From assembly GCA_965197925.1 (NCBI GenBank), contig CBDAOC010000020.1, positions 864,001-928,000 on the forward strand: a DNA stretch of 64,000 bases. The letters run 5' to 3'. Under the pieces are notes generated by a model. That model saw nothing but the letters and a program-made list of their open reading frames with translations, searched no databases and was not told the origin of the DNA. The DNA comes from Nitrososphaerales archaeon. GTDB taxonomy: Archaea > Thermoproteota > Nitrososphaeria > Nitrososphaerales > UBA213. The translations under genes and the position numbers were made by a program. Shown piece by piece: positions 9,155 through 20,002 of this stretch; positions within the stretch are counted from its first letter, which is position 1; each line of letters opens with the position of its first letter.

Positions 9155-9469
9155 TTACATTGAATCGCTTGCGTATTCCGTAAACTCATCGCAGTAATTA
9201 GAAACACTTTCCTCCACCTCTTCACCTTGTAAAGCATCATTGAATAACATCCCGCATAGTTGCATTGTTCCCTCATTCGTTAGACCTTCGACCTCCTCTG
9301 GGGAATAACCAGTAGAATCTATGAATGTGTTAATCTCATTAGCCCATGCACGCACTTCTTCGTCTGATTTCATTATTTCAATTTCAGGCGGCTGTATCAT
9401 GTTCATAATCACAGTACCAGCTATAATTCCAACTATAACAAGCAATATGATTTTTGTATTTTTCTTCAA
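9155..9469 (-). CDS. Small membrane-anchored/secreted hypothetical protein
   Basis: N-terminal TM/signal, acidic body with two Cys, TTG start preceded by AGGAGTGA. Confidence 0.65.
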   Translation of the reverse strand: MKKNTKIILLVIVGIIAGTVIMNMIQPPEIEIMKSDEEVRAWANEINTFIDSTGYSPEEVEGLTNEGTMQLCGMLFNDALQGEEVEESVSNYCDEFTEYASDSM

Positions 9470-9556
9470 ACCAGTATCACTCCTTTACCTGCTCAGCTAC
9501 TCTTATTTATGTTTCTCGTAAACCTGCTCTGAAAATTCTATTTGTTGGTCTTGATT

Positions 9557-9738
9557 CTTTCAATCCTACAATAGTTTGATTCAAACAAAAAGGGTCAGTC
9601 GAAAAGATCGACTACATGACGCCTTTCAATCCTACAATAGTTCGATTCAAACGACTGATGTCAGGTTCCTTCACGGACTGGCACAAATAGCTTTCAATCC
9701 TATAATAGTTCGATTCAAACTAATAGTTCGATTCAAAC
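9557..9738 (-). CRISPR. Orphan CRISPR mini-array: 3 repeats, 2 spacers, plus an 18-bp partial repeat
   Basis: Repeats at 9557-9586, 9623-9652 and 9691-9720 (minus-strand consensus GTTTGAATCGAACTATTGTAGGATTGAAAG, with the canonical ATTGAAAG 3' end). Spacers are 36 and 38 bp. 9721-9738 is TAATAGTTCGATTCAAAC. Confidence 0.9.
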
Positions 9739-9984
9739 TTGGTTAAAATTGTTCATTATTATATGATTGGAATGAATGAATTATTCTCTAATAGCCGGAC
9801 ACCTCGTAGAGTAATTCAAAGACAAACGTTCAACATATGCTTTCTATTGCCTCCTTTACTGGATTACCGCCATCATCGTTTAGAGAACAATCAACTGCGT
9901 TTAGCACAAGTCCACCCTTTGCTGAGCATTTTTATCTTGACTTTCATATTGGGTCATTATCTACCTTTAGGTTATGGTGATATT

Positions 9985-10078
9985 CTCAAAATATTCATCT
10001 ATGTTGATATTGGAGCATATTATACTAACTCAAAATATTCATCTATGTTGATATTGGAGCATATTATACTAACTCAAA
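9985..10078. repeat. 44-bp perfect tandem duplication
   Basis: CTCAAAATATTCATCTATGTTGATATTGGAGCATATTATACTAA x2 plus CTCAAA. Confidence 0.9.
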
Positions 10079-10294
10079 TAATTGCTTTAGAATCATAGGA
10101 CCTTTCATCGCCTATTATTTCCCTGTATTAGGTTCTACAGTGAAAAATGGTAACTGGGGAAGCAGCAACAGTGTAGACAAAGAAAATTCTTGCAGAGGCT
10201 TCAATTATAGTTAAATTTGTTGTTAATGGTTAGTATTAATGCCTTCTCGGTAGAGTAACAGTTATTTAAGGTAATGTACCATAAACATATAGGT

Positions 10295-10510
10295 ATGTCT
10301 CAACTAGAGATCCACAAGCGTACTAGGGATTTGAGGATACTTGCCCTTACACAATGGACCATGGATAACAACATCGCAAATTTTACATACATTGTGGCTG
10401 AGACACAGAGAAGATTCAATGTTTCAAGATCGACTGCGAATTCTTACGCAAATGAAGTTGTTAAAAGATTAGATAAGTTGAAGCTTCAAACTTTCTACTG
10501 TAGTATCTGA
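10295..10510 (+). CDS. Small HTH-like hypothetical protein
   Basis: FNVSRSTANSYANEV resembles an HTH recognition helix; TATA-like TTTAAG at about 10265. Confidence 0.45.
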   Translation: MSQLEIHKRTRDLRILALTQWTMDNNIANFTYIVAETQRRFNVSRSTANSYANEVVKRLDKLKLQTFYCSI

Positions 10511-10690
10511 GAAAAGTCTACAGACGATACAATAACTGTCTTATATACTGTTATACACATAAAGAGTTACAGTGTATTAAAAGTTGGAACGCTTTTGAAC
10601 ACACATTCCTACTGTTCCGCAGGATTCCTAAAGTAAACCGCAATCCTATACTATGTAGAAGAGAGATGAGTGGTTTGGGAGGTTATGAAG

Positions 10691-11737
10691 ATGGCATTAA
10701 GTGAATTACGCAGGGACTACCTAGTAAACCGGTTTGTAGTAGTTCCAACAGATAGAGGTACTAAGATTGGCAATGGCAATGGGCATCCAAGAAAGCTTGC
10801 TAGAGCGTGTTTGTATTGTCCCGGCAATGAACATTTGACTTCTCCAGCAGTGCTAGCAATGGTACAGAGGAACGGGATGTATCAGATGCTTAGTGATGGT
10901 GAAGGCGATCAGGTAAAGGACTGGTCTGTCAGGGTATTTCCAAGTAGCGAACCCGCAGTTAGTACGGCTCCGAATGTTTCTTATGGTGACGAACCCTTAT
11001 ATCGAGAACCTGCTTATGGTTTTCATTACGTAGTAGTACCGGCACCAGATCATAAGCAGAGTTTATGGAATATGCCAATAGAACAGTGGACAAATTCATT
11101 ATTGGCTATACAAGACAGGGTCAAATGGTTATATTCACAAAAAAGAGTTAATTATGTATCGATATTTGCAAGTGATGGAAATAATGGGAATGCCGTGAGA
11201 GAGCATTCACATATCAATCTAGTAACACTCCCAAATATACCGCATACAATTCTACAAGAGGCTGAAGCGGCAAAGAAGATAATAGAAGACACTGGGACAT
11301 GCCCCATATGTAACATAGTTCATTTTGAAGGGGATGGACCAAGAGAAATTTTGTCAACACAACATTTCGTTGCAATATGCCCATGGGCATCAACATCTCC
11401 ATACGAGTTCTGGATCGTACCGAAAAGGCATTCAGCAAATTTCTCATCAGTTACTCAGATGGAGGTCAATGACTTAGCTATGATGTTAAGGTCTACTCTT
11501 GGCGGATTATGCAAAACATTAAAGGATGTACAATTCAATTTGGCATTTCACTTGTCTCCAGAAAGGAAGAATAATGTAATGGTACATTGGCATGTAGAAG
11601 TGTATCCACAGATATCTAACTGGGCCGGATTCGAGAGAGCTTTCGGTGTTTACATGAGCAATACAAGTCCAGAAGATGCCGCACAGGAATTAAAGCCTAA
11701 TTGTAGGGAAGAGTTTGCAAAATCTGTTGGCGTATGA
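10691..11737 (+). CDS. galT: Galactose-1-phosphate uridylyltransferase (GalT/HIT family)
   Basis: SELRRD..., CLYCPGNE, HSH motif, CPIC, HWHVEVYP, and AGFE. Confidence 0.8.
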   Translation: MALSELRRDYLVNRFVVVPTDRGTKIGNGNGHPRKLARACLYCPGNEHLTSPAVLAMVQRNGMYQMLSDGEGDQVKDWSVRVFPSSEPAVSTAPNVSYGDEPLYREPAYGFHYVVVPAPDHKQSLWNMPIEQWTNSLLAIQDRVKWLYSQKRVNYVSIFASDGNNGNAVREHSHINLVTLPNIPHTILQEAEAAKKIIEDTGTCPICNIVHFEGDGPREILSTQHFVAICPWASTSPYEFWIVPKRHSANFSSVTQMEVNDLAMMLRSTLGGLCKTLKDVQFNLAFHLSPERKNNVMVHWHVEVYPQISNWAGFERAFGVYMSNTSPEDAAQELKPNCREEFAKSVGV

Positions 11738-11978
11738 AAATTTCGTTGGCCTGATGAGTTTGAAGCTGAGTCAAAAGTAAAAGAATTTACGGAAAAAATC
11801 TAGATATATAATCCAATTAAGATGTGATGAACTATCCTATGGTTTGTTTTACTTTGGATATTCTGGGGTTGCTTGGTTTTATAACTAATATTAAGGTAGT
11901 ATCACATGACTTGCGAAAATGTAAAAAATAGTCAAGACCCAATGCTTTTATATAGAATGTATAGAAGTTAGACGAATA

Positions 11979-12683
11979 ATGGTAAATCCTAGAGCATGGC
12001 TTGCTGAAGCAATCTCCACTTTTGCTCTTGTCTTCTTCGGTACTATATCTATCACCCTAGCAGCCGTTTCCTTTGGAAATGGATTATCAGTTGAGGCAAT
12101 AATAATGATTTCCTTAGCACATGGGGGTGCGATAGGTCTTATGGTATATGCATTCGGACATATTTCTGGGGCTCACATTAATCCTGCGGTAACAATTCCA
12201 ATGATGATAACCAGGAAGATTGGTGTAGCAGACGGTTTTGCTTACATCGGGTCTCAATTGGCAGGAGCAGCTGCTGCCGCTTTTGCACATAAAGCAATAC
12301 TTCCTCAAGGGGCATCTGTAAATTTTGGCGTACAGACTGGCCCGAGCGAACTCTTAGGATTCAGCGTATCGTCTGCCATATGGGTAGAAATGATACTTAC
12401 CTTCTTCCTGGTTACTGTGATTTACATGGTCGCGGTTCATAAGAAGGCTCCAGCCGGAATACATGGAATAACTATTGGCGGTATGGTATTTCTAATTCAT
12501 CTTATAAGCGTACCATTGACTGGTGCAAGCGTAAATCCTGCCAGAACCTTTGGACCTGCTTTAGCATCTGGATTCTGGGAATTCCACTGGATTTATTGGG
12601 TAGCGCCCATAATAGGTGGAATAATTGCTGGTGTTATAATGCAGTACGTTTATGTCAGAAAGGCAGACAAAGAATCAACCTAA
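11979..12683 (+). CDS. Aquaporin (MIP family)
   Basis: Two NPA motifs (HINPAVT, SVNPART) and six TM helices. Confidence 0.95.
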   Translation: MVNPRAWLAEAISTFALVFFGTISITLAAVSFGNGLSVEAIIMISLAHGGAIGLMVYAFGHISGAHINPAVTIPMMITRKIGVADGFAYIGSQLAGAAAAAFAHKAILPQGASVNFGVQTGPSELLGFSVSSAIWVEMILTFFLVTVIYMVAVHKKAPAGIHGITIGGMVFLIHLISVPLTGASVNPARTFGPALASGFWEFHWIYWVAPIIGGIIAGVIMQYVYVRKADKEST

Positions 12684-12777
12684 ATGTTGCAAATCGTTAC
12701 TAACATTTTGTAATTGAGAAAAATTGTTTATTGTCTACTTGATTCAATATACATTACTTAATTTAGGTAATAGCATC

Positions 12778-13362
12778 CTATCCGAGATCTAGTGATCTAG
12801 AATGTTTGTTAGTATGCGGTCTCTCTCCTGAAAACCTTCTCCTCATATGACCTGAGGGCCTTCCGTACAGAAGCTCCAAGAACCATGCTTCGTGTTCAAT
12901 TTCTTCCTTAAGAATATCTTTTGCTACATCAAATGTCGCAGGGTCTTTGCCGTATGTCATGTTACAGACTTTATTCCAGTTTACAATAGCTCCCTGTTCT
13001 GCTACAAGACACTTTTTCAAAATTTCCCTAATATCAGTTTTTTTTGGTGGCAATTGCAAAAATTCACAACCTGACATCCTGATAAATTCCTGCGCATCAT
13101 TTGGCAGCATTCCTCCAAGCTCATAAATCCTGGATAAACACGATTCAAAATGGCTCAAATCTTCCAGTCTGGCATCTTCGATTACACCTTTAATACTTTC
13201 TCCTTCAGTCCCAGTACAGTGTGCTCGAAGGTTAGTAAAATAATAGTATGCTGTGAATTCTACCGAGCAATTGAGCACCAATTGTTTTATGAGTTCATCA
13301 ATATTAACACCGTTCTGCTGTAGTATATTTACGCCAACTACATTGATTTTCTCTTCCGCCAT
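12778..13362 (-). CDS. dps: Dps-like (DpsL) ferritin-like protein
   Basis: EFTAYYY..LR, EDARLED..HFE, RIYELGG, EEIEHEAWF, GRPSGH. Confidence 0.9.
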   Translation of the reverse strand: MAEEKINVVGVNILQQNGVNIDELIKQLVLNCSVEFTAYYYFTNLRAHCTGTEGESIKGVIEDARLEDLSHFESCLSRIYELGGMLPNDAQEFIRMSGCEFLQLPPKKTDIREILKKCLVAEQGAIVNWNKVCNMTYGKDPATFDVAKDILKEEIEHEAWFLELLYGRPSGHMRRRFSGERPHTNKHSRSLDLG

Positions 13363-13606
13363 ATTACAATACTCGACTACAAGGAAATTTGATTGTTAAT
13401 AAGTATTTTCCGCAATTATATCTTCCAGTGAACATACTCTTTCATTTGTTCAATATGTTCCTTTGAATTCTGAAGGACGCACGATAAAATGTAACTTTCT
13501 ATGAAAACTTTAGCTCATCCGCTTTTCTATAAGAACTATTTCAAGTAATTAATTCGTGGGAAACCTTTAGGAATCCCCATATAATTACAACGTATTAGGG
13601 AATTAA

Positions 13607-13906
13607 TTGACATCTATTAGCCAATGTGAATGGGATCTGCATAAAAATACTGAGTTCGAAGATAGCGAACTTTCATACTATGGATGGTGTTTTGTTACTA
13701 TTTCCGTAAATATCACATTTATAGGAAAGATGATGGAATCTTACAAAAGTTTCATGAATTCAAATGGTTGGGCCAATTATGATAAGTTTGATATTTGGCT
13801 ATATACTACGATAGATGAAATAGGTTTCAAGACTGAGGTCAAGGTACCCCTTCTGGAAGAGTATAATGGATTATTCTTTTCCTATTATTCAGAAGTTAGG
13901 TTCTAG
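13607..13906 (+). CDS. Hypothetical protein or gene remnant
   Basis: ORF only, TTG start, no recognisable motif. Confidence 0.3.
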   Translation: MTSISQCEWDLHKNTEFEDSELSYYGWCFVTISVNITFIGKMMESYKSFMNSNGWANYDKFDIWLYTTIDEIGFKTEVKVPLLEEYNGLFFSYYSEVRF

Positions 13907-14047
13907 GTAGATATTATTTGAGATGATATTGATTATTAGTTTGGCCAGTTTAAAATAGTATCTTTTTTCATGCAATTTACCACAAGCAATCACTCAATAA
14001 AATTTAATTCATCATTATTTAATCGCTTTTATAAATAAAACACTATT

Positions 14048-15076
14048 ATGAGAGTATGGCCGATAATAGTTATTCTCAGTTTGCTTTTTTTGCCTGCATA
14101 TGGCACTTCAGATGTAAAGCCCTACAACTACTACACCTATATCAACTCTAGTGGGTCACCGGTTATAGTGGGGGAAGTTGTGAACGGCGGTAAGGATTCC
14201 ATCAGAGATGTTGAGGTTGAGGCTAGTTTCATAGATCACTCCGGCAATATTCTTGATTCCGAATCTACCATGGCTATGATTGATCTGATACCACCTGGGC
14301 AGAGGACACCATTCATGATTGTAGGCGATAAGGAATATGCATCTGATGTTAAGAGTTTCGAAATTGAAGTAATTGACTTTGCTAAAGGAAAAGTGAAGCC
14401 TGCCAAATTAGAAATCATTAAAACAAATGAATTTTCTGATGGTATACGGGAGGTCACCATAAGTGGGGAGATTAGAAACGCAGCAGAAAACGTGGCAGTG
14501 ATGTCAAAAGTTTATGCGACTTTTTATGATGATAGTAACAGGGTAATAGGATTTTCTTCCTCAAAAACAGATCCTTACTCGATCGCCCCAAATGCTAAAG
14601 CGAACTTCATACTTGAACTCCATGAACAAATTCCATTAATCAAGAGTTATACTCTTTATGCAGAATCTGAGCAATTTTCTACTATACCGTTTGGTCTGAT
14701 GAGCCTGGGCACCTACCCGGATATTGGTAACACGGTTAATCTATCAAGACTTATGCTTGTTGATCAACGAGGGGAAAGAATAAGTAAATTTGCTCCCAAC
14801 GAATCTGCATGGATAAAATCCGATCTACAGAATAAACTATCTGTTAAGCAGGATTTCACATATATAGTGCTTATCAAAGATAAGGATGGTTTTCCATTAG
14901 CATTCAAGTGGATCAGCGGTGTCCTTGGCCCAAACATGTCATTAACTCCAAATATATCATGGACTCCAGATCACGAAGGTATCTACTATGCAGAAATATA
15001 TGTATGGCACAGCATGGAGAATCCTATACCATTATCCACAAGCATTAAGACAATGCTCCTATACGTTCAAACCTAA
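14048..15076 (+). CDS. Secreted FxLYD-type Ig-like domain protein
   Basis: Signal peptide, two IVGEV.N...A.F.D..G repeats, and C-terminal SWTP..EGIY.AEIYVW. Confidence 0.75.
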   Translation: MRVWPIIVILSLLFLPAYGTSDVKPYNYYTYINSSGSPVIVGEVVNGGKDSIRDVEVEASFIDHSGNILDSESTMAMIDLIPPGQRTPFMIVGDKEYASDVKSFEIEVIDFAKGKVKPAKLEIIKTNEFSDGIREVTISGEIRNAAENVAVMSKVYATFYDDSNRVIGFSSSKTDPYSIAPNAKANFILELHEQIPLIKSYTLYAESEQFSTIPFGLMSLGTYPDIGNTVNLSRLMLVDQRGERISKFAPNESAWIKSDLQNKLSVKQDFTYIVLIKDKDGFPLAFKWISGVLGPNMSLTPNISWTPDHEGIYYAEIYVWHSMENPIPLSTSIKTMLLYVQT

Positions 15077-15104
15077 GTAATTTTGTGTTAGAGAAGCAAA
15101 GAAA

Positions 15105-15287
15105 TTATTCGACAATCGATTGTACTTCATGTCCGCGTTTTATCTCTTCAACTTCATATCTTGCTATCTTGTTTCTTAATGCCTTTTTCAGCACACTTAC
15201 TTCATTCCTCAGTACTGATACTTCCTGTTCCAGTTGCATAATCTTGTCTTCGAGTTCTCCCAATATAATCAAAAAAGTATATACCAA
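15105..15287 (-). CDS. Small coiled-coil hypothetical protein
   Basis: Heptad pattern LEDKIMQLEQEVSVLRNEV..LRNKIARYE; co-oriented with the upstream operon. Confidence 0.6.
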   Translation of the reverse strand: MVYTFLIILGELEDKIMQLEQEVSVLRNEVSVLKKALRNKIARYEVEEIKRGHEVQSIVE

Positions 15288-15405
15288 TTTAGCTTAAAAA
15301 TCTATCTATATCATGAATTTTGCACTACATTTCTCAAGCTTGCTCTCATTTCTTATTCAAAGGGATGAAGAATGATGAGATGGTGAATACAATTTCTAGG
15401 TATTA

Positions 15406-15960
15406 CTAGTTTTTTGTGAGATGTATAAAATTGCCTAGAATCTCCAACCCATCACTGCTCACTTCAGGATGAAACTGTGTTCCAAAAATATGCTTTTTCG
15501 CATGAGCTATAATTTCGTACTTGGCACTACTTGAATCAGCCAAACACGTAAATTCCTGAGGTAAGCGTGCAATATGATAACCATGACTTTCGAATACATT
15601 TAGTGACTTCCTATCAGTAAGCACATTTTCCTTCTTCACAGCAATTTCATTATAACCTATTATTCTGTTATTCATTCGTTGTAAAGAGCCACTGAATGCC
15701 AGCGCTGTGATTTCTGCACCATAACATATGCCAAGCAACGGTTTGTCATCTTTGTATGCGGATTTGAGAATTTTCATGTTAAAAACATTCATTTCCTTTG
15801 CATTGTTAGTTCTTCCTGACAGGATAATACCATCATAGTTGTTTATTGACTGGTCACTATGTTCATCATATTTCCTTACTACGTAGTTCACATTTAGTTT
15901 GTTCAAGCACTTTCTCAAGTCATCAAGGTATGAGGAAAGATTGTTTATCAGTAAGAGCAT
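15406..15960 (-). CDS. Class I glutamine amidotransferase (GMP synthase subunit A-like)
   Basis: GIILSG, LGICYGAE and QFHPE triad motifs. Confidence 0.88.
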   Translation of the reverse strand: MLLLINNLSSYLDDLRKCLNKLNVNYVVRKYDEHSDQSINNYDGIILSGRTNNAKEMNVFNMKILKSAYKDDKPLLGICYGAEITALAFSGSLQRMNNRIIGYNEIAVKKENVLTDRKSLNVFESHGYHIARLPQEFTCLADSSSAKYEIIAHAKKHIFGTQFHPEVSSDGLEILGNFIHLTKN

Positions 15961-15963
15961 TCA

Positions 15964-18810
15964 TTATTCTACCTCAAAGGTTAGGTAATGCAATTCCGTT
16001 ATACCATCAATAATAACTGTGATACCAAAATTCACCTTTTCAGCATCGTCCCACACCATAACACGTTTTGTATCTACTCCTTTCCATTTGTCTACAAAGC
16101 CGTTGACCGTATTCTCTACGTTTCCAAAGTCCTCATCATTATCATAAGTTATTTGCTCCTCTTGGAAAGTAAGAGGCACAGAAATTGATGTAGGAATTAC
16201 AATGGTGTAATTCATACTCTCAAATATTTCTTGTATATTTGTTATTTTTTTGTTCCTGTCAAGTAATTGTAACGGGGCTGTGCCTGGTGTGCTAACGCCG
16301 GCAAGCTTTGCCAAATAAGCCCTGAACGCCTCTTCAACAGTTTGACCGAGACCTACATAATATTCACCTGTGAACGCTGCCCCTACGGCTGCTACCGTTC
16401 CTAGCTGGGTCACAACCCCACCAGCACCAGCAGTATACACCGGCATAAAGTAGACATCATTATCCCCAATCCTGTAAATTATGTTATCCCCAATCCTGGG
16501 ATTTCTCAACAGTGTCTTCAACTGTGCAAAATCGGGATCCCTATCAAGAGCTTCCCTAATGGCTGTAGGTCCTAGCAATTTTGTTTCAGCTTCTAAAGAC
16601 ACTTCATAAAATATCATTTCACCATCATGAGGATAGTCATTCCTTACTACCATGTAACCTGCAAGGTTCCTACCCGCAGCTCCCCGTAATTCCAATGACA
16701 ATAAACCTAGATACTCAGTCTTATCAAAGCCAGGTGGTTTTGCTATTATGTAGTATGGTGAAAGTTCAACCGGGATCTCAAAGAATTCCCTTGCACCAAT
16801 GAATGTAGATACATCAGTGACGTGATAGAAATTGTACATGTTTACCTTCCACCAGAAGAACTCTTCAGGGGACCTCAGTTGACTGTGTAGCCAGACAGGA
16901 ATTTCTTTCGTTACATGGTCTTGGTATCCCTCGACAAACATGTTTGTGAAAAAGTCATCTCCCTTGATCATAATATCTGGTTTACCATCGAAGGTGTTAA
17001 GCATGGCATAGCCTACAAATCTATACAAAGGATTGTTTGCGCTCCATGGAACGTTTGATGTATCCAATTTTACCAGGAGAGGCATAAGCCAGTATGTATT
17101 TGCCCCATCCGTTACGGGTAATACATCTACATCCCTGTTACCAAATTGATATTCAAAGTATGGGTAAAGTAACGACATTCTTTCATGTATATCCTTGTAT
17201 CTCATCACATGTATTGCCTTATCGGGATATGAAAGCAAAAAATTGGGTTCGAAGATCCAACTTACTGGAGGTGATACCGTTATTCCCCCATTTCCATTAT
17301 AGAAGAAGTCTCCTAACTCATCACTTTCTTCCCTATCCACAGGAAATGCTGACCAGACTTCTCCTATCAATCCTCCCTCTCCATAATAGATCTTACGTTG
17401 TTCAAAAAATTTATCACTGTTAGCTATTTCTCCCGAATGCGCATTAAGCATGAGAAAACCATTTGGTACGTGGGTATAAACCAAGTGCTGTGCATACCAC
17501 CTATTGTCTGCTGTAACACTGGAGGGAAGGATTGGTTTCATTGCAGCACTCCAGTATAGTGTGTTGTTAAATCGTATTACGTCTGAATCTTGAAAGTCAA
17601 CATATGGTATCAAACCTATTTCCGGTTTAAGTTTTGTAAAGGCCGCATTCCAGTCCCATAAACGAATTTTTGTCAGCACGTCCTGGTTATTTGCGACTAT
17701 ATTATTGATGTTACTTTGTTGCGTGGTAAATAACTTTACATCATAGTTGATCTCCTTTACTTCGTCGAGTTCTGCAAAATATCTATTAATTGCAATCTCT
17801 TGTGCCGTATAAGGACCCAGATACTCGATCTTTCTCGCATCTGCTATACTGTTGTTGACGGCCATGACAGATCCTACTATGACAGCTATTGAAACTATCG
17901 TCAACAATCGAATATACACGTTCCTCTTAGAAGGTAATATTATAACCTTCGATTTCCTTCTATCTATTACTGACCATGCTATGAATGCAGCACCAAGTAG
18001 AGCTCCACCAATGATGGCGTACTTCGTATTATAGTCTATGTTGTAAGTGAAGAACATATTGAAAGATGTCCAGAATAGTCCCACACCTAATACTAGTTCA
18101 ATTATTGATAGGTAGTAGAGGAACTTCGCCTTCCCTTCAGAAGAGTCTACGACATAACTAGACGCTATGTGTGCTATATTGCGTACACCAACATAAAGCA
18201 TCAGTCTTATGCCAATTGCTCCAAGTAGCGGTGGTATCAGTAACGTAAGAGATGGTATCATAGGTATTACGAGTTCATTTGCAATTGCAGGATCTGGAGA
18301 TGTTATGAATGGAAGATGGAAGATTTTTGGCAACGCCCCAATCCCAAGGTCGTTACCGTCAATCACATAAAGGGAACTCATCCCAAACATCAAGTTAACA
18401 AACAAAGGAGCAAGCAGTAGAACCTTGGTTATCTGCCATATTGTAAAATTAATCTTGCTAAGTTTGAATTCACTGTATTTTACCGGTATCTGTGTTGAAT
18501 CAAAAGCTTCACGTTTTACAAAAGAGATCCCCATTGCAAAAACCCACCATATCATGGATTCTCGCTTTCTGAAATCTATTCTAATAAGGGCGATTGTAGA
18601 TAATACGAGTCCAGAGAAGATTGCATAGTATATTGGCTTTACAAATAACTCACTAAATTCATCAACATTCATAAAAATATTAATTGATTGGTTACTGATT
18701 ATACCAAATATTACTATACCTATTAGAGCAAAGAGCCCTAGTCTAATGTATCTACCAACATCTAGTTTTGGCTTATCTTCTGGCTTATCTTCAGGCTGAG
18801 AATTCCACAA
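15964..18810 (-). CDS. UPF0182 family membrane protein
   Basis: N-terminal TM bundle, IRLWD, HLVYTH, IYYGE, PYY and RNLAGYM motifs. Confidence 0.85.
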   Translation of the reverse strand: MWNSQPEDKPEDKPKLDVGRYIRLGLFALIGIVIFGIISNQSINIFMNVDEFSELFVKPIYYAIFSGLVLSTIALIRIDFRKRESMIWWVFAMGISFVKREAFDSTQIPVKYSEFKLSKINFTIWQITKVLLLAPLFVNLMFGMSSLYVIDGNDLGIGALPKIFHLPFITSPDPAIANELVIPMIPSLTLLIPPLLGAIGIRLMLYVGVRNIAHIASSYVVDSSEGKAKFLYYLSIIELVLGVGLFWTSFNMFFTYNIDYNTKYAIIGGALLGAAFIAWSVIDRRKSKVIILPSKRNVYIRLLTIVSIAVIVGSVMAVNNSIADARKIEYLGPYTAQEIAINRYFAELDEVKEINYDVKLFTTQQSNINNIVANNQDVLTKIRLWDWNAAFTKLKPEIGLIPYVDFQDSDVIRFNNTLYWSAAMKPILPSSVTADNRWYAQHLVYTHVPNGFLMLNAHSGEIANSDKFFEQRKIYYGEGGLIGEVWSAFPVDREESDELGDFFYNGNGGITVSPPVSWIFEPNFLLSYPDKAIHVMRYKDIHERMSLLYPYFEYQFGNRDVDVLPVTDGANTYWLMPLLVKLDTSNVPWSANNPLYRFVGYAMLNTFDGKPDIMIKGDDFFTNMFVEGYQDHVTKEIPVWLHSQLRSPEEFFWWKVNMYNFYHVTDVSTFIGAREFFEIPVELSPYYIIAKPPGFDKTEYLGLLSLELRGAAGRNLAGYMVVRNDYPHDGEMIFYEVSLEAETKLLGPTAIREALDRDPDFAQLKTLLRNPRIGDNIIYRIGDNDVYFMPVYTAGAGGVVTQLGTVAAVGAAFTGEYYVGLGQTVEEAFRAYLAKLAGVSTPGTAPLQLLDRNKKITNIQEIFESMNYTIVIPTSISVPLTFQEEQITYDNDEDFGNVENTVNGFVDKWKGVDTKRVMVWDDAEKVNFGITVIIDGITELHYLTFEVE

Positions 18811-18847
18811 TGTAAATCATGCCCAGAAGGCTAAATTAATATTTTTA

Positions 18848-20002
18848 CTATTTTAAATCGGCCAATCCCTTACATATAAGGTATACCGCTGCATATGTGG
18901 GCAGCTTTACATTCTGATCTTTGAAAGGACCAAAGGAATTTTCCTTCAGCCTAAACCTTGGCGAATATCGCACATGAATGTTGACTTCTTCATCACTAAG
19001 AACACAGGCAATAGTGAAAGGATCGAAGTTTTCAATATCATTGCATAGGACCTTTGTGAGACCACTTTTGCTGTTAAGCGTTCCTTGAAGTCTAAAGACC
19101 CTATGAATGTCCATAGTCACTTTCGGATCTATATGCACACCCACATCCTTTGTTATGTTGTTCAATTTAACTTTGAACTGTGAGTATCCCTTTTTCAGTA
19201 TCTTATTCACTAACCTAGGTTTCTGTGCATCATCCTTCATGAGTATACATGATATCCGTCCGCGCCAACCAAAATCATCTTTGTTCGGGAATTTTGAAAC
19301 TACGTCCTTTATTGACCGCGAATTTTTCCTTATTCCAAAGGTTTCAGGCAATATATTGTTGCACATCACATAATCAGCTATCTCTGCTCTACTATGAGCG
19401 TCCATAGACTCGAATTCTGTATTGTGTATATGAAGGTGAAAACCGTGATTTCCTGAAAAATACACTTTGATTTCATGCTCCCGAATACCAAGATCTTCCT
19501 GGAGCAATTTTAATAGTTTTTTCACTTCCCACTTTCCAGCATCCATACATCTATCACATGCCAGAGATACTTTTTCAACTTTCGAGCTTCTACATGTATT
19601 ACAATTCTCTCTGCTTCCCATAACATTATTGCAATCATTGCATATCCAGACTTCATGATTAGTTGCACATGTTAATTCAAGATCGTCGGCATCTATATCA
19701 AATATGAGATCGGCACCTCTAAAAATCTTCTCCTGCATTGGAGCAGTTGGGTTACTGTAATAAGCGCAGGAAGAATAAACGTCTGATGGAATATGTTTGA
19801 GCAAGTGTACATACATTTCATTTTGATCCTTGAATGACAAATGTCTTCTCATCCCACCAGTAAATTGCATGTAACCAAATTCCCTTTCCTTGATACGCAA
19901 TGGAGCTTCTAAATGGTCAGGATGCTTGAAATAAAACTCCTTAAATGACTGCTTAACCAGATTCAGGTTTTGCTCCTTCATTTTCCCCACTTTTTCTTCC
20001 AA
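18848..20002 (-). CDS. priS: DNA primase small subunit
   Basis: REFG, DLIFDIDAD, FSGNHGFH, and D..VT.DIHR.FRL.GTLNSKSGL. Confidence 0.95.
   Translation of the reverse strand: MEEKVGKMKEQNLNLVKQSFKEFYFKHPDHLEAPLRIKEREFGYMQFTGGMRRHLSFKDQNEMYVHLLKHIPSDVYSSCAYYSNPTAPMQEKIFRGADLIFDIDADDLELTCATNHEVWICNDCNNVMGSRENCNTCRSSKVEKVSLACDRCMDAGKWEVKKLLKLLQEDLGIREHEIKVYFSGNHGFHLHIHNTEFESMDAHSRAEIADYVMCNNILPETFGIRKNSRSIKDVVSKFPNKDDFGWRGRISCILMKDDAQKPRLVNKILKKGYSQFKVKLNNITKDVGVHIDPKVTMDIHRVFRLQGTLNSKSGLTKVLCNDIENFDPFTIACVLSDEEVNIHVRYSPRFRLKENSFGPFKDQNVKLPTYAAVYLICKGLADLK

Noticed and set aside
9739..10260. Possible cas gene or remnant next to the array
   Set aside because: Only short broken frames with no recognisable Cas motifs. 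The 119-aa plus-strand ORF spans a tandem duplication.
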